DNA from: an uncultured Myxococcales bacterium | Lineage (GTDB): Bacteria > Myxococcota > UBA4151 | Assembly: GCA_964013405.1 (NCBI GenBank) | Contig: CAXGWI010000122.1 | Span: forward strand, 1 to 10,786 | Length of the DNA: 10,786 bases | Reading direction: 5' to 3' | Shown here: in pieces, positions 1-7,013 of the stretch | Layout of the letters: each line of letters begins with the position of its first letter | Numbering within the stretch: position 1 is the first letter of the stretch | Translations under genes and position numbers: made by a program | Notes under the pieces: generated by a model | Told to the model about the DNA's origin: nothing | Databases searched by the model: none | Seen by the model: only the letters and a program-made list of their open reading frames with translations

Positions 1-1
1 G

Positions 2-109
2 CCCAGCGATGAGCCCGAGCCCAGCGATGAGCCCGAGTCGAGCGATGAGCCCGAGCCCAGCGATGAGCCCGGGTCGAGCGATGAGCCGGCGGCCAGTGAT
101 GATGGTGGG
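2..109 (+). repeat. 18-nt coding tandem repeat (CCCAGCGATGAGCCCGAG / TCGAGCGATGAGCCCGAG), 5 good copies plus 1 degenerate, cut by the window edge
   Basis: Units at 2-19, 20-37, 38-55, 56-73, 74-91 and a degenerate one at 92-109. Confidence 0.95.
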
Positions 110-313
110 GTGGCGGCAGCCACGAAACTCAAGGTTCCGATCCCCTGCACTGCGCCTCTTGATCTGCTCAACGGTCGTCAATTGTCCTTGTGGCAAAACG
201 CGATGGTCGGCGGCACGGTGGCCCGGCTGGCCGAGTCGATGGGGCTTGAGGTCGACGATGTTCTCGACGACATCAAGGTTCTTATCGATGGGGGGTACGT
301 CGAGCGTGGCTAG
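2..313 (+). CDS. 5'-truncated hypothetical protein: acidic (P/S)SDEP(E/G) repeats followed by a short C-terminal winged-helix-like segment
   Basis: Frame 2 is open from the window start to TAG 311-313 and reads PSDEPEPSDEPESSDEPEPSDEPGSSDEPAASDDGGVAAATKLKVP...GGTVARLAESMGLEVDDVLDDIKVLIDGGYVERG. The tail has an HTH/wHTH-like hydrophobic pattern. The ORF-track call 110..313 is just the internal GTG part of this frame. Confidence 0.7.
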   Translation, partial: PSDEPEPSDEPESSDEPEPSDEPGSSDEPAASDDGGVAAATKLKVPIPCTAPLDLLNGRQLSLWQNAMVGGTVARLAESMGLEVDDVLDDIKVLIDGGYVERG

Positions 314-318
314 GGGCC

Positions 319-337
319 GACGGGACAAAAACCCGTC
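319..337. other. Short inverted repeat just after the upstream stop codon (possible weak terminator or processing hairpin)
   Basis: GACGGG-ACAAAAA-CCCGTC gives a 6-bp stem and 7-nt loop, with no U-tract after it. Confidence 0.3.
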
Positions 338-387
338 ACGCTGACTTGATCTGTCGCGGTAATTGGGCCAACGAGAAGCCACGTTCT

Positions 388-461
388 TGGGGCATCGTCT
401 AAAGGCAGGACAACGGTTTTTGGTGCCGTCTATCCAGGTTCGAATCCTGGTGCCCCAACCA
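388..461 (+). tRNA. tRNA-Gln (anticodon TTG), CCA encoded
   Basis: Cloverleaf: acceptor TGGGGCA/TGCCCCA, D-arm GTC..GAC, anticodon stem ACGGT/GCCGT with loop TTTTGGT (TTG at 420-422), T-arm CCAGG-TTCGAAT-CCTGG, discriminator A458, CCA 459-461. This is the usual position upstream of prs. Confidence 0.97.
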
Positions 462-478
462 ACTGACCGGGAGCAGTC

Positions 479-1456
479 ATGGGCGTGCGCGGACCGATTA
501 AGGTGTTCTCCGGAAACTCGAATCCGAGTCTGGCCTCGGATATCTGCGAAGAGTTAGGAGTGAGCCTCGGTAAGGCTGAAGTCAGTCGCTTCAGCGATGG
601 CGAGGTTCAGATCGACATCTGTGAATCGGTTCGTGGCGCCGACTGCTTCCTCATCCAGTCCACTTCCAATCCGGCCAATGAGCACCTGATGGAAATGCTG
701 GTGATGGTCGACGCGCTCAAGCGAGCCTCTGCGGCGGAAGTGACTGCAGTCATCCCGTACTATGGCTATGCCCGCCAAGATCGGAAGGTGTCGCCTCGGG
801 CACCGATTTCTGCGAAGCTCGTCGCTGATCTCTTGATGGCAGTCGGTGTTCACCGGGTGCTTTCCATGGAGTTCCACGCCGGTCAGATTCAGGGCTTCTT
901 CGATATGCCCGTGGATCACCTCTACGCGATGCCCTGCATGATGGAACGGCTCCACGTGGTTTTTGAGAAGCAATTGCGTGAGCAGACCCCCGAGGCGCCT
1001 CAAATTGCTGTGGTGAGCCCTGATGCAGGCGGGGTGGAGCGTGCCCGAGCCTATGCCAAGCGCCTCGGCGCAACCCTCGCCATCGTTGACAAACGGCGAA
1101 GTGCGCCTGGCAAGAGTCAGGTGATGCACCTTGTCGGTGAGGTGGCTGGGAAACACGCACTGATTGTTGACGACATGATCGACACGGCGGGAACGCTGAC
1201 ACAAGCAGCTCAGGCGGTGATCGATGAAGGGGCGCTCAGCGTTCGGGCTGCATCGACCCACGCAGTCTTGAGCGGGCCCGCCATGCAGCGGATCACGGAC
1301 AGCGCCTTATCGGAGGTGGTTGTGACCGATACGATTAGTCATGAGGGCTTGGCGGCCCGTTGTCCGAAGATCACCTCTCTGTCCGCAGCGGCTCTTTTCG
1401 CCGAGGCCATCAGCCGGATCAACAGCGGTCGAAGCATTTCCAGCTTGTTCATTTAG
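479..1456 (+). CDS. prs: Ribose-phosphate pyrophosphokinase (PRPP synthetase)
   Basis: Motifs [33 protein letters not shown] and the PRPP loop [17 protein letters not shown] at 469-473. Conserved tRNA-Gln-prs-rplY-pth order. Confidence 0.98.
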   Translation: MGVRGPIKVFSGNSNPSLASDICEELGVSLGKAEVSRFSDGEVQIDICESVRGADCFLIQSTSNPANEHLMEMLVMVDALKRASAAEVTAVIPYYGYARQDRKVSPRAPISAKLVADLLMAVGVHRVLSMEFHAGQIQGFFDMPVDHLYAMPCMMERLHVVFEKQLREQTPEAPQIAVVSPDAGGVERARAYAKRLGATLAIVDKRRSAPGKSQVMHLVGEVAGKHALIVDDMIDTAGTLTQAAQAVIDEGALSVRAASTHAVLSGPAMQRITDSALSEVVVTDTISHEGLAARCPKITSLSAAALFAEAISRINSGRSISSLFI

Positions 1457-1475
1457 CCGATTTTGTGCACAGGAC

Positions 1476-1555
1476 GGCGCCGCCGGGCATAGGGCCCGTT
1501 TGCGGCGGACGCCTTGGCGAGGCCCCGAAAAGGGCGTGATCGTGAGGCGCGGAGG
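1476..1555 (+). promoter_or_regulatory. Structured GC-rich leader upstream of rplY, ending at the SD GGAGG (1551-1555)
   Basis: CGCCGC(1478-83)/GCGGCG(1502-07) plus CGGGC(1484-88)/GCCCG(1494-98) form one stem with a TTT bulge. A second hairpin is GCCC-CGAAAA-GGGC (1522-1535). A regulatory role is inferred only. Confidence 0.45.
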
Positions 1556-1561
1556 ATTGTC

Positions 1562-2209
1562 ATGGAAGCACTATCAGCAACAACTCGTCTGTCCCGGGGC
1601 AAAGGAAGCAACCGTCGCCTGAGGGCTCAAGGTCAGCTTCCAGCCGTCGTTTACGGTCTGGATCAGGCTCCGGTCACCTTGAGCGTGGACCCCAGTGAGT
1701 TGCGCCGTATTTTGATGGGCGCAAGGCGGCGAAACACGCTGATCGGTCTCAGCATCGACGATGGGGACGCCATCCCAGTGCTCGTACGAGAGATTCAGAC
1801 GAACTCGGTGACTCGGGAGATCCTGCACACCGACTTTGTCCGTGTTGACCCGTCCCAGCCCGTCGTCGTGAAGGTTCCGGTGGTCACCACCGGGAAATCC
1901 ATTGGTGTCGATGCCGGTGGCCGCCTCAAGGTGGTTCGTCGTCAGGTGAACCTGCGAGTCCGGCCGGAGGCTGTGCCCGCTGAGTTCGCGATCGACGTGA
2001 CCAACCTGAACGAAGGCCAAAGCATTCGCATCAGCGCCTGTGATGCCCCCGAGGCGTCGGAAATCCTCTTCGAAACTGATTACGTTGTCGTTCAGTGTGT
2101 GACCGGGCGAGCAAGCCGGGCCGCTGGCGCTGGCGGTGATCTGGATGCCGATGGCGAGGATGGAGCCGAGGCAGTGGCAGCCGCAGGAGAGTCCACCAGC
2201 GAGGAGTAA
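1562..2209 (+). CDS. rplY: 50S ribosomal protein bL25, long CTC/TL5 form
   Basis: RGKGSNRRLRAQGQLPAVVYG, ILHTDF, GVDAGG, VPAEFAIDVTNLNEGQSIRI and an acidic tail. I moved the start from the ORF-track 1514 to ATG 1562 because GGAGG lies 6 nt upstream and the L25-like sequence begins there. Confidence 0.96.
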   Translation: MEALSATTRLSRGKGSNRRLRAQGQLPAVVYGLDQAPVTLSVDPSELRRILMGARRRNTLIGLSIDDGDAIPVLVREIQTNSVTREILHTDFVRVDPSQPVVVKVPVVTTGKSIGVDAGGRLKVVRRQVNLRVRPEAVPAEFAIDVTNLNEGQSIRISACDAPEASEILFETDYVVVQCVTGRASRAAGAGGDLDADGEDGAEAVAAAGESTSEE

Positions 2210-2230
2210 ATCCTACTGGTGGTGTCAGCC

Positions 2231-2818
2231 ATGTGGTTGATCGCAGGTCTGGGCAACCCAGGAAGTCAGTACGAGCAGACTCGGCACAACGCCGGGTTTC
2301 TCGTCGTTGACCGTTTACTTGCTCGCTATGGCAGTGGCTTTGCGGGAACTCGCTTCGAGGCCCATGTTGGCGAGATCCAACGGGCCGACGAGCGACTGTT
2401 GATACTCAAGCCCCAGACTTGGATGAATGAGTCGGGTCGAAGTCTTGCGGCAGCCCGACAATTTTATAAGGCGCCAGTCGACCGCTTGATCGTCGTTCAC
2501 GATGAGGTCGACCTCGCGTTTGGCCAACTGCGGTTGAAAGCGGCCGGGGGTGCGGGGGGGCACAATGGTCTCAAATCGACCACCCAGCGTCTCGGCGATC
2601 CAGGCTATCTTCGCTTGCGCTTTGGCATCGGCCGCCCGCCCGGGTTCAGGCCTGGCGACGACCTGACCCGCCATGTGCTCGGTCGCTTTTCCGGAACGGA
2701 ACGGTCTGACCTTGATTTGCTTCTCGACGAGGCCGTCGATCGCCTTGAGTCCGTTGTCGACGAGGGAATTATCCCGGCGATGAATCGCTACAATGGTCTG
2801 GCGGTCACCAAGCCTTAG
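2231..2818 (+). CDS. pth: Peptidyl-tRNA hydrolase
   Basis: LIAGLGNPG, TRHNAGF, KPQTWMNESG, HDEVDL, GGHNGLKS, RLRFGIGRP. ATG 2231 preferred over GTG 2219 because it matches the usual Pth N-terminus. Confidence 0.97.
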   Translation: MWLIAGLGNPGSQYEQTRHNAGFLVVDRLLARYGSGFAGTRFEAHVGEIQRADERLLILKPQTWMNESGRSLAAARQFYKAPVDRLIVVHDEVDLAFGQLRLKAAGGAGGHNGLKSTTQRLGDPGYLRLRFGIGRPPGFRPGDDLTRHVLGRFSGTERSDLDLLLDEAVDRLESVVDEGIIPAMNRYNGLAVTKP

Positions 2819-3513
2819 CGCCGTGGGTGCAGCCAGCCATCACTGATGCCCGCTCGGTCCTTGAGCGTCTTCATCGCTTCTTTGCCTTCGAGTTTGGTGT
2901 CGAAGGGACCCACCCGCACCTTGTAGAGCTTCTTGCCGAGGGCCGGAACCAGTTCATGTTTGACCTCGGTCGGCAGGGCGAGGGCCGCAGCCTTTGCGGA
3001 GATTCGTTCGGCTTCCGATGACTCGGGGGTGGCAATCAACTGAACCATCCACTGGCGGGCCGGCGATTTGCTTAAATCCGATGCATTTGGATCCGTCGCC
3101 GGTTGACTGGGCGCCGTGCTTTCCCCGTCTGTTTGGGTGGCAGCTTCGGCATCTGTGGCTGGGGGTGGGCCTGCATCTACTGCGCGGCCAGCCACGACGG
3201 CTGTCACCAGTGGTACATCCAGCGGTTCGACTGGGACACCACCATCGACGATGGGGGTTGGGGTCGTTTCTACCTTCTTCGGTTCGGTGGCCGGCAGAGC
3301 TTCGAGCACAGCTTCATCGCAGGCACAGCCTGCGTCGGCCATACGAGCGAGCGAGTTTCTGACTTCAATCGCAAGGGCTTGACGGTCTTCAAGGCAGGCT
3401 AGATCCGGACCATCGACCCCCGGAATCGAGGCGGTCTCGGTAGGCGCTAGAAAGAAGCCCAGAATCAGTCCAAAAACCGCGCCGATGATGAGACCGGCCA
3501 TGCCCTGATTCAC
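2815..3513 (-). CDS. SPOR-domain membrane protein (FtsN/DedD-like architecture)
   Basis: N-terminal TM (AGLIIGAVFGLILGFFL), a Pro/Thr/Ala linker and a C-terminal WMVQL...LYKVRVGPFDTKLEG...GW SPOR pattern. Strong SD GAGGAGGT before GTG 3513. argS followed by a SPOR gene is a common neighbourhood. Confidence 0.85.
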   Translation of the reverse strand: MNQGMAGLIIGAVFGLILGFFLAPTETASIPGVDGPDLACLEDRQALAIEVRNSLARMADAGCACDEAVLEALPATEPKKVETTPTPIVDGGVPVEPLDVPLVTAVVAGRAVDAGPPPATDAEAATQTDGESTAPSQPATDPNASDLSKSPARQWMVQLIATPESSEAERISAKAAALALPTEVKHELVPALGKKLYKVRVGPFDTKLEGKEAMKTLKDRAGISDGWLHPRR

Positions 3514-5231
3514 GGGGCCACCTCCTCGCGATCCATCCGTTCGGGGGCGTGAACCCCAAGGACGGACAGCCCGGCCCTCAGGGTGATGGCGAGGGCATCA
3601 CAAAGCAGCAAGCGGGCCCGGCTCGCTTCCGGGTCTTCAAGGGAGACCACGGGGGCTGCTTTCCGGTTACGCGTGTAGTAGCCATGAAAGGTACCCACCA
3701 GGTTCATGAGATAATGGGCCAAGCGGTGTGGCTCCCGCGCCGTCGCTGCGTCTTGGAGTGTCTCGGGCCACTCGGCGATCAAGCGAATCAATTCCACTTC
3801 ATCGGGGTGGGTGAGTCTACCCAACTCGGGGGCATCGAAGCGACAAGGGCTCAAGTCCTGACTTTCCGCTCGGCGCAGGATGCTGCACAGGCGAGCATGG
3901 CCGTATTGGACGTAGTAGACCGGATTATCCATGGATTGCTCCATGGCGAGACCCAAATCGAAGTCGTATTGGGCATCACTTCGGCGCATGAGGAACAGGA
4001 AGCGCAGAACGTCGGGGCCGACCTCATCCAGCAGTTCTTGCAATAAGATCATATTCCCACTGCGTTTGCCGATTTTGAATGCTTGGCCGTCTTTCACCAA
4101 GTTCACCATTTGCACGAGGGTGGGCGCGAAACGGTCCGCCGGTAAGCCAAGGGCGGCGAGGGCAGCGGAGACCCGGCGGACGTAGCCGCCATGGTCAGCA
4201 CCCCATACGTCGATGATCCGGTCGAAGTGTCGCTCTAGTTTGTCCCGGTGGTAGGCGATATCGGACGCAAAATAAGTGCCGATTCCGTTGTCACGGATGA
4301 CCACCCGATCCTTATCATCGCCAAAGTCCGTGCTTCGAAACCAGAGCTTGCCCTCTTCTTCAAAGAGGAAATCCCCTTCTTTCAGATGGTCCAGAGCCGC
4401 TTCGATCGCACCGCTTGAAACCAGTTCACGCTCACTCTGCCAGCGGTCGAAGTGGATGCCGAGGTTTTCCAGCGTCGCCTGGATCCCTGCCAAATTTTCA
4501 GCGATCGCCAAATCGCGCATGGGCACCATCCAGGGGCCATCGTCCGCAAATGGGTCCGCCTGACGATAGACATCACCGAAGCGTTCCAGAGCCAGCGCAG
4601 CGATCGGGCGAATGTAATCACCGGGATAATGGTCCTCCGGGAGAACGACATCTTCACCCAGCAACTGTTGATAGCGAATCAAGACACTGCGGGCCAATGT
4701 CTCTACCTGCTTGCCCGCGTCGTTGACGTAGTATTCGCGGCAGACCTCGTGTCCGGCCGCCTCGAGGAGGCGGGCGATGGCATCGCCCGTCAATGCACCC
4801 CGCGCGTGGCCAACATGCAGGGGGCCGGTTGGGTTTGCCGAGACGAACTCAACGTTCACGCGCTGACCGCTGGGGGCAGCCCAGCCGAAGCGTTCACGCT
4901 CCGTGAGGACCTGATGAAGGACGCGCTGCCAGGCTTGGGCTGTGAAGGTGAAGTTAATGAAGCCTGGGCCGGCGATGTCCCAGCTCTCAAGCAAGCCATC
5001 ATCGTCATTGAGGTGGTCCAGCACCGTCTGGGCGATCAAGCGGGGGTTTTTGCGCTCGGGTCGGGCTAGAATCATGGCTACATTGGTCGCTAAATGCCCA
5101 TGTTTCGCTTCCCGGGGCCGTTCGATCACAATGCCCTTAGGGAGCTCCTCAGTGACTAAGTGGCCACTGGCACAAGCCTGCCGGAGGCTTCCTTCAAGCA
5201 TCTGCCGGAGCTGTCCTGCGAGGAGACTCAT
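3510..5231 (-). CDS. argS: Arginine--tRNA ligase
   Basis: HGHLATNVAM, IAGPGFINF, VEFVSANPTGPLHVGHARGA (HIGH motif at 4806-4817), EYYVNDAGKQ, WGADHGGY, NPVYYVQYGHARLCSI and C-terminal LGVHAPERM. Confidence 0.98.
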   Translation of the reverse strand: MSLLAGQLRQMLEGSLRQACASGHLVTEELPKGIVIERPREAKHGHLATNVAMILARPERKNPRLIAQTVLDHLNDDDGLLESWDIAGPGFINFTFTAQAWQRVLHQVLTERERFGWAAPSGQRVNVEFVSANPTGPLHVGHARGALTGDAIARLLEAAGHEVCREYYVNDAGKQVETLARSVLIRYQQLLGEDVVLPEDHYPGDYIRPIAALALERFGDVYRQADPFADDGPWMVPMRDLAIAENLAGIQATLENLGIHFDRWQSERELVSSGAIEAALDHLKEGDFLFEEEGKLWFRSTDFGDDKDRVVIRDNGIGTYFASDIAYHRDKLERHFDRIIDVWGADHGGYVRRVSAALAALGLPADRFAPTLVQMVNLVKDGQAFKIGKRSGNMILLQELLDEVGPDVLRFLFLMRRSDAQYDFDLGLAMEQSMDNPVYYVQYGHARLCSILRRAESQDLSPCRFDAPELGRLTHPDEVELIRLIAEWPETLQDAATAREPHRLAHYLMNLVGTFHGYYTRNRKAAPVVSLEDPEASRARLLLCDALAITLRAGLSVLGVHAPERMDREEVAP

Positions 5232-5776
5232 CGGCCGTGAACCTCAAGAAGTTGGCGACGCAGGACTTTACCTCCGGCGAGGAGGCTCTTGCCTTGGTTT
5301 GCCGCTGGAGCAACCGTCTCGACCCGTCGGATCACACCGGTATCATCCACAAGAAAGGCGAGGGCGGAGGCGCCCCAGCCATGGGCTCGTCGTTGCAGGA
5401 CGCCAAAGGTCGCCGCCAGAAATCCTTTATGGTCAGCGATCACCCGTAGGCCGCTGAGCTTGAGCCCCTGCTGAGGGGCATCGCTGGCAACGAGGACGAC
5501 GTCGATACCGGCCTCAGCAAAGATGGCATGGTTCTCTTGCCACCAGGCGAGCCGGTTTAGCCCCTCTTTCGATGCCAGTGGCTCTAAGAAGGCGATGACT
5601 CGGGTCAGGTGCGGGAGCTTGGAGAAATGAATCGTCCGACCTTCGACAGTGACGGCCGTAAAGGGAGCGATGCTATCGCCCGTGATCCGAGTGCCGAGGC
5701 GGGCATCGAGGTGAGCTTGTCGCAGCGTCTCCGCATCCGGAGCGCCCGCCAGAAGGAGGCAAAGAAGAGGGGTCAT
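5228..5776 (-). CDS. Exported peroxiredoxin (BCP/AhpC-TSA)-fold protein lacking the catalytic cysteine
   Basis: Short hydrophobic N-terminus (LLCLLLAGAP), then GDSIAPFTAVTVEGRTIHFS, AGIDVVLVASD, VIADHKGFLAATFGV and FLVDDTGVIR, which follow the redoxin-fold pattern. ATGA overlaps on both sides and SD GGGAG. Confidence 0.7.
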   Translation of the reverse strand: MTPLLCLLLAGAPDAETLRQAHLDARLGTRITGDSIAPFTAVTVEGRTIHFSKLPHLTRVIAFLEPLASKEGLNRLAWWQENHAIFAEAGIDVVLVASDAPQQGLKLSGLRVIADHKGFLAATFGVLQRRAHGWGASALAFLVDDTGVIRRVETVAPAANQGKSLLAGGKVLRRQLLEVHGR

Positions 5777-6129
5777 GTTGCTCTCCCATATGCGTCTTCG
5801 AGACGAACCACATCATCGACCTCGGGGCTGCTGGCCTCGAGGACGAGAACATCGGTCACAGCGATCATCCGATGCACCGTTCCGGGGCGAATGTGGAAAC
5901 CAGCCCCAGGGCCCATGCGCAGGGTTCTGAGCCCCTGTCCATCCTGTTCATCGACCAGGAAGTCCATTTCGCCCTCTTGGACGTAAATGACCTCATCTTT
6001 GACCTCGTGGTATTGGAGCGACAGTTGATGACCGGCCCGAATGAAGAGAAGCTTGCCGACATAACGTTCGGTATGGGCCCACCATAACTCCCAGCCCCAG
6101 GGTTTCTCGACTCGTTTTGCGTTCAACAT
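5773..6129 (-). CDS. Stand-alone cupin, similar to the C-terminal cupin of type II mannose-6-phosphate isomerase
   Basis: VEKPWGWE, LSLQYHEVKDE, HIRPGTVHRM, LEASSPEVDDVVRLEDAYGR. ATG 6129 (GGAG upstream, 7-nt overlap with the rmlD stop) preferred over the ORF-track start at 6147. Confidence 0.85.
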   Translation of the reverse strand: MLNAKRVEKPWGWELWWAHTERYVGKLLFIRAGHQLSLQYHEVKDEVIYVQEGEMDFLVDEQDGQGLRTLRMGPGAGFHIRPGTVHRMIAVTDVLVLEASSPEVDDVVRLEDAYGRAT

Positions 6130-7013
6130 TTCAGTTGCTCCAACCAATCCTCTTGCGCCGACTGCCAGGGCCTGGGGTGCCGGGTTTGTGTCGGGGATAG
6201 AGTCGCATCTTTCGACCCAGTCTCCACCTCATAGAGGTGGCCCGTTAATGCGACAGCATGGGCGGTGTCCAGAACACTCCGCCGAGGCCGTCGCGCCGGT
6301 CGCCCTAAATCGGCCCAGGTCACCGGTCGCAGGCGGGGGGTGATTTGCAACGATTCACAGATCTCGAGGGCCTGATCCCAGCGGGAGGTCGCGCCCCGGT
6401 TTGCCAGGTGGATGATGCCCCTTGCCTCGACCTGAAAGAGGCCTGCCAGCCAGTCGGCGAGGTCCGGGGTGTAACTGGGGACGCTGACTTGATTTTGAAT
6501 CACTGGGATGACTTCGCCTTTTAAGGCCCGGTCCCGGACGAAGCGGACGAAGTCGCCGGTCCCGCCCCCGAAAAGCCACTGTACGCGGACGACGAGGTGA
6601 TCAGGGCTGGCCTCGAGGCAGAGTTGTTCGCCTAAGGCCTTACTGGCACCGTAGGCATTGACCGGATCATAGGGCTGGTCCTCGGCGAGCATATCGTCGC
6701 CCTGGAGGACGTAGTCCGTGCTGATCTGACAGAACTGAATCTGCCGCTGGGCACAGAGTGTGGCGAGCCGACCGACGGCGGCGCCGTTGACCTCCTGGGC
6801 CCGGTCCGGATCAGCCTCGCAGGCATCGACATCCGTGAGTGCGGCACAATTGATGACTCGATGGGGCTGGAGCGTGTCCAAGGCCTTCGCCAGGGCTTGC
6901 GTATCGCAGAGATTGAGCGCCTGGGACGTGGGGGCCTGGCTGGCGGCCGGGGCGATGTCCATGAGGGCACCGCCTAAGCGGCCTCGGCCACCGAGGACAA
7001 GCCAGCCCGTCAT
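6123..7013 (-). CDS. rmlD: dTDP-4-dehydrorhamnose reductase
   Basis: GGRGRLG nucleotide loop, INCAALTDVDACE, ISTDYV, YGASK catalytic motif, PARRPRRSVLD and PRPWQ. Directly follows rmlB. Confidence 0.9.
   Translation of the reverse strand: MTGWLVLGGRGRLGGALMDIAPAASQAPTSQALNLCDTQALAKALDTLQPHRVINCAALTDVDACEADPDRAQEVNGAAVGRLATLCAQRQIQFCQISTDYVLQGDDMLAEDQPYDPVNAYGASKALGEQLCLEASPDHLVVRVQWLFGGGTGDFVRFVRDRALKGEVIPVIQNQVSVPSYTPDLADWLAGLFQVEARGIIHLANRGATSRWDQALEICESLQITPRLRPVTWADLGRPARRPRRSVLDTAHAVALTGHLYEVETGSKDATLSPTQTRHPRPWQSAQEDWLEQLKC

Noticed and set aside
1..109. Possible CRISPR array
   Set aside because: The repeats are directly adjacent with no unique spacers, the period is a multiple of 3 inside an open frame, and no cas genes are present.
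9..344. 111-aa ORF with MSPSPA repeats
   Set aside because: It is an alternative frame of the 18-nt repeat. Frame 2 gives a more protein-like acidic linker and helical domain, while this frame is Arg/Ser/Trp-rich like a shadow ORF.
341..387. Sigma70-like promoter for the tRNA operon (TTGATC at 346-351)
   Set aside because: No convincing -10 hexamer at 16-18 nt spacing.
440..478. tRNA 3' end as an integration (att) site
   Set aside because: prs follows immediately, and I saw no integrase or duplicated tRNA 3' end in the window.
363..557. 64-aa ORF across the tRNA
   Set aside because: It overlaps a clear tRNA-Gln and the start of prs.
1514..1561. 16-aa N-terminal extension of bL25
   Set aside because: The TTG start has no clear SD, whereas ATG 1562 has GGAGG and matches the normal L25 start.
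5561..5590. Selenocysteine at the redoxin active site
   Set aside because: There is no in-frame TGA, and the codon at the Cys-equivalent position is GGG.
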